From the NCBI GenBank assembly GCA_050741255.1, contig JBOIEQ010000001.1:9473-73472 (forward strand): DNA of 64,000 nucleotides. The letters run 5' to 3'. The translations under genes and the position numbers were made by a program. Shown here piece after piece: positions 1-8,514 of the stretch. Position 1 is the first letter of the stretch, and each line of letters starts with the position of its first letter. This DNA comes from Burkholderiales bacterium. Its GTDB lineage: Bacteria > Pseudomonadota > Gammaproteobacteria > Burkholderiales > SG8-41. Under the pieces are notes generated by a model. It saw only the letters and a program-made list of their open reading frames with translations, had not been told where the DNA came from and searched no databases.

Positions 1-905
1 ATCAGGAAACGGCGCTCGATGTTTTCCTTCGAGAAGCGGTTCATCGGCAGCGTCGCGTGTTCCTGGATGAAGCGCTTCGCGTCCGCCTTGGAATAGCCGT
101 CGGCGGCAATCGCTTTAGCATGCTCCGGGCCCATCACGATCAGCGGCTGCGCTTCGTAGTAGATGTCGTTGGAGCCCGTGCTGATCAGCGTGCCGGCGAT
201 GGTGGTGAGCAGGCCTAGACCCGTCAGGCTTTCGTGGTCGTTGACGTTGTGCGGGCACTCGGCGCCGATCACGGTCACCGCGCTGGCCTCCTTCGGCAGG
301 CCGCGCTCGACATGCAGCGGCTCCCAGGGATTGCCCGCCTCGTTCTCCGCGACGAAATAGCTGTACTTGGACGGCGCGCCGAAGGTCGACATGTCGCCCA
401 GCGCCGGAATCGCGCCGCCGATGTTGAGCAGCGTCAGCCGGATCGCGCGCCCGATCGTGGCGTTGGCCGGCCAGCCCGGGCCGAAAGCGTTGTGCCCGCA
501 GTTGATGTCGAGTTCCTGCACCACCGGCCCGTTGACGATCACGAGCGGCGCACACAAATGGGTGGTGGCCTGGACGCCGTAGAGGTTGAACGGCTCCTCG
601 CACATCGCCTCGACCGCCAACATGAACAGCGGGAAGTACTGGGGCTTGCAGCCCGCCATCACGGCATTGGCGGCCAGGCGCAGCGGCGTCGCCTCGCCAT
701 AGCGCGGCGCGACCTTGGCGATCGGTTCGTTTACCGGGCGATCGCAGTAGGCGAGCATTTTCTCGACGCGCTCGACCGTCGGCGGGATGACGGGCAGGCC
801 GTCCCCCCAGCCGCGCTTCATCACCAGCTCGTTGACGGCGTCGAAGTCGTCGTCGGCCTCGAGGCTGGCGTCGGGCGCCTTCAGGAAGTCCGCGAGATCG
901 CTCAC
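1..905 (-). CDS. conserved hypothetical Cys-rich protein, translationally coupled to the UGSC selenoprotein gene (3' end runs off the window)
   Basis: Own minus-strand translation: open frame from GTG 905..903 down to position 3 with no stop (VSDLADFLKAPDASLEADDDFDAVNELVMKRGWGDGLPVIPPTVERVEKMLAYCDRP...MAGCKPQYFP...TTHLCAPL...INCGHNAFGPG...GAECPHNVNDHES...RFSKENIERRFL). GC3-rich codons like the neighbours. The GTG overlaps the upstream TGA (GTGA, 905..902). Absent from the ORF track because no stop lies inside the window. Family not recognised. Confidence 0.6.
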   Translation of the reverse strand, partial: MSDLADFLKAPDASLEADDDFDAVNELVMKRGWGDGLPVIPPTVERVEKMLAYCDRPVNEPIAKVAPRYGEATPLRLAANAVMAGCKPQYFPLFMLAVEAMCEEPFNLYGVQATTHLCAPLVIVNGPVVQELDINCGHNAFGPGWPANATIGRAIRLTLLNIGGAIPALGDMSTFGAPSKYSYFVAENEAGNPWEPLHVERGLPKEASAVTVIGAECPHNVNDHESLTGLGLLTTIAGTLISTGSNDIYYEAQPLIVMGPEHAKAIAADGYSKADAKRFIQEHATLPMNRFSKENIERRFL

Positions 906-1444
906 TTGATGTTTTCCTCGATCAGTTTCAGCACCTGCGGCGTCGCGATCAGCGAGCGCCCTTCCACCTGTTCCAGCGACAACCCGCCGAGCGGGTGCGG
1001 GATCTGCACCAGCGGCAGGTCGGGCACGCCAAAGACCTTGGCCTGCGTCCTGCCGAGTTTCATGAACGGATCGGAACAAACGACCGCGGTCACAAGGCCC
1101 CGCTTCCGGAGCTCTGACATGTCGTGGACACTCCACGACGTGCAGGACCCTCAGTCGGCCATTGCGCTGACGACGAAGTCAGCCTCCGCGGCCAGCTGGT
1201 CGAGGATGGGTCCCGGCGCCGGCAGGCTCACGCTGGCCTTGCGCAGCACGACGACCGAGGACACCGGGATCGCCGCCTTCACCGACTCGGCGATGAATTT
1301 CAGCAGGTGGTCGGCATTGCCCTTGCTGTTGTCGAGGATGCCGAGGCGGATGCCGCCCTTCTTGATCTCCCGCTGCGGCTTCAACGCTTCCGCCACGACG
1401 GGCGTCGGGGCTTCGGGGATGACTAGGGTGACTTTCTTGCTCAT
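902..1444 (-). CDS. UGSC-family selenoprotein (in-frame TGA at 1153..1151 read as selenocysteine; 180 aa)
   Basis: ORFs 1151..1444(-) and 902..1120(-) share one frame (1444-1120=324). Only TGA plus 10 sense codons separate them. Read-through gives ...FVVSAMAD-U-GSCTSWSVHD-MSELRKRG.... Strong SD GGAGGAG lies 5-6 nt before ATG 1444, and no SD precedes ATG 1120. A hairpin lies 11 nt 3' of the TGA. Confidence 0.75.
1121..1139 (-). promoter_or_regulatory. SECIS-like hairpin downstream of the UGA codon
   Basis: mRNA sequence GUCGUGGA-GUG-UCCACGAC: 8-bp perfect stem (or 7 bp with loop AGUGU), G/U-containing apical loop. It starts 11 nt after the UGA at 1153..1151, the spacing typical of bacterial SECIS elements. 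Confidence 0.55.
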
Positions 1445-1578
1445 GCGTTACTCCTCCATCATGGTGCGTCCGTGACCGGCGAAAGTGTAGCGCACCGGCA
1501 CTGGCATGGACCACTGTGAAGGGTGCGCGGGAAGTAAACGCGCGGTCCGGTGCCGGTGTGGTGATCGCATTTCGTTTT

Positions 1579-1588
1579 TGGTATACCA
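1579..1588. promoter_or_regulatory. perfect 10-bp palindrome TGGTATACCA, candidate GntR/FadR-type operator
   Basis: Perfect palindrome with a GT-N-AC core, located in the 176-bp divergent region between the UGSC operon and the hydantoinase operon, 33 nt upstream of ATG 1621. A GntR/FCD regulator is encoded in the same operon. Confidence 0.3.
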
Positions 1589-1620
1589 TGGCATTCCATC
1601 GCATTCATCCGGGATTGACC

Positions 1621-4600
1621 ATGTCCATAGCCATTGGCTGTGACATCGGCGGAACATTCACCGATTTCATCCTCATCGACGAAACCTCCGGCACGGTGCG
1701 TGTGGACAAGGTCCTGACCACCCCGGCGGACCCTTCCCTCGCGATCGAGCAGGGTCTGCGCAACCTGGAGGAGGCGCAGCCGGGATCGATACGCGAAACC
1801 GCGGCCTTGGTGCACGGCACGACGCTGGTGATCAACGCGGTCATCGAGCGCAAAGGCGCGCGCACCGGGCTCATCACCACTCGGGGTTTTCGCGATGTGC
1901 TCGAGATTGGCCGCGAGAAGCGGTACGACGGGAACGACCTCCAGATCCGCTTTCCCGAGCCGCTCGTGCCGCGCTCACTGCGCGTCGAGATCGATGAGCG
2001 CATACACGCTTCGGGCCGGGTGCTGCAGGCACTCGATATCGCCTCCGTCGAGCGCGCGGTGCAGGCCCTGACCGCACAGGGTGTCCAGTCGATCGCCATC
2101 TGCCTGCTGCATTCCTACGCGAATCCGGCGCACGAGGAACAGGCGGCCGGCATCGTCGCGCGCCTGGCGCCCGGAATACCGGTCACGCTTTCGTTCGAAG
2201 TGTTGCGAGAACTCAAGGAATACGAACGCTCCACCACCACCGCCGTCAACGCCTACGCCAAGCCCATCGTATCGCGCTATCTGAAAACACTCGAAGGCCG
2301 GCTGGATACGCTGGCCTTCAAGGGCGAACTGCTGCTGATGCAATCGAGCGGCGGCCTCAACTCCTCGCAGATGGCGCAACGATTCCCGGTGCAGATCATC
2401 GAATCGGGACCTGCCGCGGGCGCCATCAGCGCCGCGCACTACGCGCGGCTCGCCGGCCACGCCAAGATACTGGCCTTCGACATGGGTGGCACGACCGCGA
2501 AGATGTGCCTGGTCAAAGACGGCCGCGTGGTCAAGGTCAATCAACTCGAAGTCGACCGCGTGCAGCGCTTCAAGCGCGGCAGCGGCATCCCGGTGCGCGT
2601 GCCGGTCGTGGACCTGATGGAAATCGGCGCGGGTGGCGGCAGCATCGCCCGCGTCAGTCCCAAAGGCACGCTGGAAGTCGGCCCTGAAAGCGCATCCGCC
2701 GCCCCGGGGCCCGCCTGTTACGGCCTGGGCGGAACGCAACCTACCGTATCCGACGCCGACGTCGTGCTCGGCTACCTGAATCCCGCGTACTTCCTCGGCG
2801 GCCGCATGGCGCTCGACAAGACCAGCGCGCAAGCCGCCATCGAGACGGCGCTGGCGAAACCGCTGGGCCTGAGCGTGGAAGCGGCGGCTTGGGGCGTGCA
2901 CAGCGTCGTGAATGAGAATATGGCCGCCGCCGCAAAAGTCTATGTCGCCGAAAAGGGAGAAAGCCCCAGCAGTTGTGCGGTCGTCGCTTTCGGCGGCGCC
3001 GGTCCCGTGCATGCCTCCGATCTCGCGCGGCGCATCGGCGCACAGGTCGTCGTGATTCCGCCGCGCGCCGGCGTCGCCTCCGCGTTCGGCATGCTGATTG
3101 CGCCCGCCTCGTACGACACCGTCCGCACGCATCGCGTGCGCCTGATGCACGCCGACTTCGGCGCGATCGAATCCCAGTACGCCCAGATGGAACAGGCCGC
3201 GCGCGCCGGCCTGCCGCGCAGCGTGGACAGCGCCGCCGTCTGGTTCGAGCGCTCGGCCGATCTGCGCTATGTGGGACAAGGCTACGATCTCACGGTGACG
3301 CTCGCCGCGGAGCGCCAGACCGAAACCGGCATGCGCGCGGCCTTCAACGCCGCGTACCATCTGCTCTACGGCCGCGTGTTCGACGATCTTGAGCTGGAAC
3401 TCATGAACCTCCGCGTCACCGCGTACGCGCCAGGCAAGCACTTTGAAGAGACCGTGCATGCCGTCCCGGCCGGCAGCGCCGTCGCCTGCACCGAACGCGA
3501 TGCGTATTGCGCGATCTCGCGCCGCTTCATCCCGCACAAGGTGTATGCCCGCGCCAGTCTGCCGAAAGGGGCTGCACTCGATGGACCGGCGATCGTGGAG
3601 GAAGCCGAATCGACGACGATCATCGACCAGGATGCGAGCTTTACGGTCGATGATTTCGGCAGCGTCGTGATCTCGCTACGCACCCGCCTGCCGGTGGCGG
3701 TAACGCGCCGCAAAACCGCAAAGCTCGACCCGGTTGCGCTGGAGATGCTGTGGCGGCGGCTGGGCTCCACGGTTGACGAACTGGCGGCGGCGCTGGTCCG
3801 CACCTCGTTCTCGACGGTGGTGCGCGACGTCAACGACTATGCCTGCGCGATATTCGACCGCCAGGCGCGACTGCTCGCGCAATCCACCGACAGCACGCCG
3901 GGAATCTGCGGCGGCCTGGGACCGATGCTCCGTCACATGCTGGAGGTCTGCCCGCCCGCCAGCCTGCGCGAAGGCGACGTACTGATCGGCAACGACCCCT
4001 GGAACGGCAGCGGCCATCACAACGACATCTTTACCGTCACCCCGGCGTTTCACAAAGGCAAGCTGATCGGCTACGCCGCCTGCGCCGCGCACCATGTGGA
4101 CATCGGCGGACGACGCGCGACCACCGAAAGCCGCGACAACTACGAGGAAGGCCTGCGCATCCCGGTAAGCCGCATCATGCGCAGGGGCGAACCCAACCCC
4201 GATGTGTTCAATTTCATCGCCGCCAATGTACGCCTGCCCGACACCGTCCTGGGTGACCTGCGGGCGCAACTCGCCGCCAACCACGTCGGCTGCGAGCGGA
4301 TGCGGGAATTGTGCGCGGAACAGGGCTGGAAGGACCTGCAACTGCTGGCCGGAGAGATCCTGCAGCGCAGCGAGGAGATCGCGCGTTCGGAAATCAGCCG
4401 GATCCCGGACGGCGTGTTCACCCATGAAGCGCCAATCGATATCGTCGACGGCGAGCGCATCGTGCTGCGTGTGGCGGTGACAGTCGAGGGCGACGGGCTC
4501 ACGGTCGACTTCAGCGGGTCTTCGCCGCAGGTGCGCCCCGCCATCAACTGCACGCTCACCTACACCGCGGCGTACGCCCATTTCGCCGTCGGCGCCCTGC

Positions 4601-5397
4601 TCAACCTGCCGGTCGCGATCAACCAGGGCACGCTGGTGCCGGTCAAGGTCACGGCCCAGGCGGGAACCGTACTGAACGCGTCCTTTCCAGCGCCGGTGTT
4701 CGCGCGCACCAGTATCGGCAATTTCGTGCCGGAACTCATTTTCACCGCGCTGGCGTCGGCCCTGCCGGACCGGGTCGTTGCCGGTTCGGGCGCGACGCCG
4801 TTGTGGGCGCAATACCTATTCGGCAAACGCAAGGACGGCAGCCGTTTTGCACCGCTCAACTCGGCCAATGGCGGCCTCGGCGCACGCGCGAACCAGGACG
4901 GCGTGTCCTGCCTGACGTTCCCGGTCAACATCGGGAACACCCCGGTCGAGGTACTCGAAAGCGACATCCCGGTGCTCGTTCGCCAGCGCGCGCTGTGGCC
5001 CGATTCGGCAGGCGCGGGCCGCTTCCGTGGCGGCCTCGGACAGCATTTCGAGATGCAGGTGCTCGAAGACGACCTCGGGCCCGACGGCCCCCTGCTCGTC
5101 GGTTTTCGCGGCGGACGCTTTTATTTCCCGGTGCATGGGCTGCTCGGGGGCGGCGACGGTCCCAACGGCAAACTGACGATCAACGGCAAACCGGCCACCG
5201 GCGGCGGCGACGTATCGGTCCCGCCCGGCGGCACCATCGTGTGCCGCATTCCCGGTGGCGGCGGCCTGGGCTTGCCCGCGGAGCGCCATCCCGATCTCGT
5301 CCGGCGCGATCTCGAATACGGTTACATCACTCTGGAACACGCACAACAGCATTACCCGCATGCACTGGCGGCAGGACGGACCGCGGCCGCGAAGTAG
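1621..5397 (+). CDS. fused hydantoinase/oxoprolinase (HyuA-like N-half plus HyuB-like C-half; 5-oxoprolinase / N-methylhydantoinase family)
   Basis: 1293-aa ORF. The N-terminus MSIAIGCDIGGTFTDF is the hydantoinase-A signature start. The C-half (DPVALEMLWRRLGSTVDELAAALVRTSFSTVVRDVNDYACAIFD...) is hydantoinase B. It parallels the split pair at 27544..31328. Start chosen at the conserved MSIAIG; ATG 1588 is an alternative. Confidence 0.9.
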   Translation: MSIAIGCDIGGTFTDFILIDETSGTVRVDKVLTTPADPSLAIEQGLRNLEEAQPGSIRETAALVHGTTLVINAVIERKGARTGLITTRGFRDVLEIGREKRYDGNDLQIRFPEPLVPRSLRVEIDERIHASGRVLQALDIASVERAVQALTAQGVQSIAICLLHSYANPAHEEQAAGIVARLAPGIPVTLSFEVLRELKEYERSTTTAVNAYAKPIVSRYLKTLEGRLDTLAFKGELLLMQSSGGLNSSQMAQRFPVQIIESGPAAGAISAAHYARLAGHAKILAFDMGGTTAKMCLVKDGRVVKVNQLEVDRVQRFKRGSGIPVRVPVVDLMEIGAGGGSIARVSPKGTLEVGPESASAAPGPACYGLGGTQPTVSDADVVLGYLNPAYFLGGRMALDKTSAQAAIETALAKPLGLSVEAAAWGVHSVVNENMAAAAKVYVAEKGESPSSCAVVAFGGAGPVHASDLARRIGAQVVVIPPRAGVASAFGMLIAPASYDTVRTHRVRLMHADFGAIESQYAQMEQAARAGLPRSVDSAAVWFERSADLRYVGQGYDLTVTLAAERQTETGMRAAFNAAYHLLYGRVFDDLELELMNLRVTAYAPGKHFEETVHAVPAGSAVACTERDAYCAISRRFIPHKVYARASLPKGAALDGPAIVEEAESTTIIDQDASFTVDDFGSVVISLRTRLPVAVTRRKTAKLDPVALEMLWRRLGSTVDELAAALVRTSFSTVVRDVNDYACAIFDRQARLLAQSTDSTPGICGGLGPMLRHMLEVCPPASLREGDVLIGNDPWNGSGHHNDIFTVTPAFHKGKLIGYAACAAHHVDIGGRRATTESRDNYEEGLRIPVSRIMRRGEPNPDVFNFIAANVRLPDTVLGDLRAQLAANHVGCERMRELCAEQGWKDLQLLAGEILQRSEEIARSEISRIPDGVFTHEAPIDIVDGERIVLRVAVTVEGDGLTVDFSGSSPQVRPAINCTLTYTAAYAHFAVGALLNLPVAINQGTLVPVKVTAQAGTVLNASFPAPVFARTSIGNFVPELIFTALASALPDRVVAGSGATPLWAQYLFGKRKDGSRFAPLNSANGGLGARANQDGVSCLTFPVNIGNTPVEVLESDIPVLVRQRALWPDSAGAGRFRGGLGQHFEMQVLEDDLGPDGPLLVGFRGGRFYFPVHGLLGGGDGPNGKLTINGKPATGGGDVSVPPGGTIVCRIPGGGGLGLPAERHPDLVRRDLEYGYITLEHAQQHYPHALAAGRTAAAK

Positions 5398-5428
5398 GAA
5401 TATTCCGTAATTGGCAAAGGAGTTCGTG

Positions 5429-6415
5429 ATGAAGCGTTTCAAACGCAGCACAGTCATCCTTCACGCGGCGTTCACCACGGCCGCCGTCAGTCTGTCCTTC
5501 CCCGTCGCCGCGCAGACCTACCCCACCAAGTCGATCCGCCTCGTCGTGCCGTGGCCCGCGGGCGGCGTGACGGATGTGGTCGCGCGCATCGTCGGCGAGC
5601 GGCTCTCGCAGGGTCTGGGGCAATCCATCATCATCGACAACAAGGCGGGCGCGACCGGCTTCATCGGCACGGAATTCGTCGCCAAGGCCACCCCCGACGG
5701 CTACACGCTCCTGCTCATCACCGCGAGCACGCACGCCATCAGCCCGAACCTGTTCAAGAAGGTGCCCTACGACCCGATCAAGGATTTCGAAACGATCTCC
5801 CAGCTGACGACCGCCCCGACGATACTCGTCACCTACGCCGCGTTCCCCGCAGGCAGTGTTGCGGAACTCGTGAAACTCGCCAAAGCCAAACCCGGCGCGC
5901 TCAATTACGCCTCGTTCGGCAACGGCAGCTCGGCGCATCTCGCCGCCGAACTGTTCAAGCAGGCCACGGGCACCGACTTCGTGCACATCCCCTATAAGGG
6001 CGCCGCGCCGGCCATCGCCGATCTGATGGGGGGGCAGGTCACGATCTTCTTCGATTCCATTCCCTCCGCATTGCCGCATGTACGCTCGGGCAAACTCAAG
6101 GGACTGGCCGTCACCGGGCGCACGCGCACGACCGCGGCGCCCGACATCCCCACCGTGGCCGAAACCTATCCCGGCTTTGAAGTCACCGTATGGCAGGGGT
6201 TTGGCGCGCCCGCCGGCACCCCGCGCGCCGTCATCAACCGGCTCAACGCCGAGTTGGTCAAGGTGATGACGATGCCCGACGTCAGGGAACGCCTGGTGAA
6301 TCTGGGCGCCGATCCGTTGTCCACGACACCCCAGGAATTCGCCGCCCACATCGCACGCGAGAAAGACAAGTGGGCGAGCGTGGTCAAAACTTCCGGCATC
6401 ACGATCAGCGATTGA
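5429..6415 (+). CDS. Bug-family (TctC-like) tripartite tricarboxylate transporter substrate-binding protein
   Basis: Signal peptide followed by AQTYPTKSIRLVVPWPAGGVTD and a later YKG motif. AAGGAG SD lies 6 nt upstream of ATG 5429. Confidence 0.9.
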   Translation: MKRFKRSTVILHAAFTTAAVSLSFPVAAQTYPTKSIRLVVPWPAGGVTDVVARIVGERLSQGLGQSIIIDNKAGATGFIGTEFVAKATPDGYTLLLITASTHAISPNLFKKVPYDPIKDFETISQLTTAPTILVTYAAFPAGSVAELVKLAKAKPGALNYASFGNGSSAHLAAELFKQATGTDFVHIPYKGAAPAIADLMGGQVTIFFDSIPSALPHVRSGKLKGLAVTGRTRTTAAPDIPTVAETYPGFEVTVWQGFGAPAGTPRAVINRLNAELVKVMTMPDVRERLVNLGADPLSTTPQEFAAHIAREKDKWASVVKTSGITISD

Positions 6416-6452
6416 CGTGCGCGATGCAGCCCGTGAGGGGCGGATAGCACGC

Positions 6453-7169
6453 ATGCCCAAGCGCAGCGGCCCGGGCACCGGCAAGGGGGCGAATGTCGGC
6501 GTACGCCGCTTTCCGGAAGCGGAAGCCGGCGAGCCGCGGGGAGAGCATGTCTATGCCGCGCTGCGCGAAGCGATCAGGGTCGGCGAGCTCAAGCCGGGCC
6601 AGCGGCTCGTTGAACGGGAGGTGGCGGCGACGCTCGGGGTGAGCCGCACGCCGGTGCGCCAGGCCTTCAAGCTGCTGGAGGCGCAGGGCATCGCTTCGGT
6701 CGCGGGCGCCCGCGGGCTCGTCATTACCGCGCTGACCCCGGAGGAAGTACGCGAGCTCTACACCATCTGGGAAAGCCTTGAGGGCATCGTCGCACGCTAC
6801 GCCGCGCAGCACGCGACCGACCTCGATCTCAAGGCCCTGCGGCACATCGAGGAGCAATGGAAATCCGCCTCCGGGCCGCAGGTCTACGGCCAGCTCAACA
6901 AGCAGTTCCATGACGCGCTCTATCGCGCCGCGCACAACCGCTATCTCGTGCGCGCCCTCAACGCGATCGACGACGCGCTCGCCCTCCTCGGCGTGACGAC
7001 GTTCTCCATACCGGGGCGCCCCGCCGAGGCCGGTCGCGAGCATGCGGCCATCGTTGCGGCGATCGCACGCCGTGACGGCGCCGCCGCGCAACAGGCGGCC
7101 GAGGCGCACATCCATCGCGCGGGCGAACTCCGCATGACGCTCGTCATGGGACTGGAACTCCGCACGTGA
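6453..7169 (+). CDS. GntR-family transcriptional regulator (FadR/FCD subfamily)
   Basis: wHTH region HVYAALREAIRVGELKPGQRLVEREVAATLGVSRTPVRQAFKLLEAQGI plus a helical C-terminal FCD-like domain. The exact start is uncertain (6417 GTG or 6453 ATG). Confidence 0.85.
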   Translation: MPKRSGPGTGKGANVGVRRFPEAEAGEPRGEHVYAALREAIRVGELKPGQRLVEREVAATLGVSRTPVRQAFKLLEAQGIASVAGARGLVITALTPEEVRELYTIWESLEGIVARYAAQHATDLDLKALRHIEEQWKSASGPQVYGQLNKQFHDALYRAAHNRYLVRALNAIDDALALLGVTTFSIPGRPAEAGREHAAIVAAIARRDGAAAQQAAEAHIHRAGELRMTLVMGLELRT

Positions 7170-8470
7170 ACGCAGCGCCGGCGGCCGAGGCTCATCCAGA
7201 ATCCTATTGGGCCGCAACCGCGGGCCGCACGCGATTCGACCCGCTGACGGGCGACAGCGAAGCAGACGTTGCCGTCATCGGCGGCGGATTTACCGGTCTC
7301 GCCGCCGCTTACGAGCTCAACCGCCTGGGGCGTGACTGCGTCGTGCTTGAGGCGCACGACATCGGCTGGGGCGCGAGCGGACGCAATGGCGGCATGGTCG
7401 TGCCGCGCTACAAGCACACCTATCCCGCGCTCGCCGCCTGCTATGGCGAGGCCGTTGCGCTCGCGATGCATGCCGCGGCACACCGGGCCGTGGACACGGT
7501 GGAAAGCATCGTGGCGGAGTGCGCCATCGACTGCGGGTTCGCCCGTCACGGGCATCTCACGCCTATGGTCCACGCCAGCGACGAGGCGCGCTTCGCGGCG
7601 GATGCCGAATGGCTGGCGCGATATGCGGGCGACGCCGTACCCGCCATGCTGAGCAGGGCTGATACCGCCCGCCGGATCGGCACGGACTTCTATCGTGCCG
7701 CCTACTACGAACCGCGCGGCGCGGGCATCCACCCGTTTGCCTACTGTGCCGGCTTGGCGGTCGCGCTGGCCGCACGCGGCGTGCGCATCCACACGGCAAC
7801 GCCTGCCCTCGAATGGCACTCTGATGGCAACGCGGTAACGGTGAGCACCCCGCGCGGAACTGTCAGGGCGCACCACCTCGTGCTGGCGACCAATGGCTAC
7901 ACCGACCTGACGCAGGCGGGCGCGGCGCTCAAGCTGCGCATCGTGCCCATGGTGTCGTCATTGATTGCCACTGAACCGCTCCCCTCCGCCATTCGGGAAC
8001 GCCTGCTGCCGGCAGGTCACCTGGTCACGGACGCCAAGCGCCTGACCAATTATTTCCGGCTGATGCCTGATGGCGCACTCCTGTTCGGCGGGCGCGGCGG
8101 CGCTTCAAACCGGACGAGTACGGCGGTCTACCGCCGGCTCGCGCACGAGCTTGCGAACATCTTCCCGGCGCTGGCGGGCACGCCGCTCCGCTACCGCTGG
8201 TCGGGCCGTGTGGCCGTGACGCTCGACGGCTTGCCGCACATCGGCGCACTCGGCAAGAGCGTCTCCTACGCCCTCGGTTACAACGGCCGGGGCGTTGCAC
8301 TGTCGGCGCTGCTGGGTCGCATGCTTGCGCACCGCGCGTGCGGAGAACCGGTCGACGCGGGCCCCATGAGCAAAACCGGTTTCGGCGGCATCCCGCTACA
8401 CGCGCTGCGGGTTCCGGCCAAGCAGCTTGCCATTACCTATTACCGTCTGCTCGATGCGATCGGCGCGTGA
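7166..8470 (+). CDS. FAD-dependent oxidoreductase (DAO family, PuuB/sarcosine-oxidase-like)
   Basis: Dinucleotide fold DVAVIGGGFTGLAAAYEL and DIGWGASGRNGGM. Paralogous to 26202..27554. GTGA overlap with the gntR stop. Confidence 0.9.
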   Translation: MNAAPAAEAHPESYWAATAGRTRFDPLTGDSEADVAVIGGGFTGLAAAYELNRLGRDCVVLEAHDIGWGASGRNGGMVVPRYKHTYPALAACYGEAVALAMHAAAHRAVDTVESIVAECAIDCGFARHGHLTPMVHASDEARFAADAEWLARYAGDAVPAMLSRADTARRIGTDFYRAAYYEPRGAGIHPFAYCAGLAVALAARGVRIHTATPALEWHSDGNAVTVSTPRGTVRAHHLVLATNGYTDLTQAGAALKLRIVPMVSSLIATEPLPSAIRERLLPAGHLVTDAKRLTNYFRLMPDGALLFGGRGGASNRTSTAVYRRLAHELANIFPALAGTPLRYRWSGRVAVTLDGLPHIGALGKSVSYALGYNGRGVALSALLGRMLAHRACGEPVDAGPMSKTGFGGIPLHALRVPAKQLAITYYRLLDAIGA

Positions 8471-8514
8471 AATGACCACTTTTTTATCCGCATCGCGATA
8501 GCCTGGGCCGAGCG

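Noticed and set aside
234-1475. Long Arg/Ala/Gly-rich ORFs on the opposite strand or in alternative frames of real genes. Examples: 234..1475(+), 1975..3537(-), 3676..4812(-), 19717..21069(-), 21184..23010(+), 27502..29379(+), 29211..31277(+), 31537..33852(-), 46133..48328(+), 54344..56947(+), 61414..63264(-).
   Set aside because: These are typical high-GC shadow ORFs. They have extreme Arg/Gly/His composition and no recognisable motifs, and each overlaps a gene with clear family signatures and proper GC3 bias.
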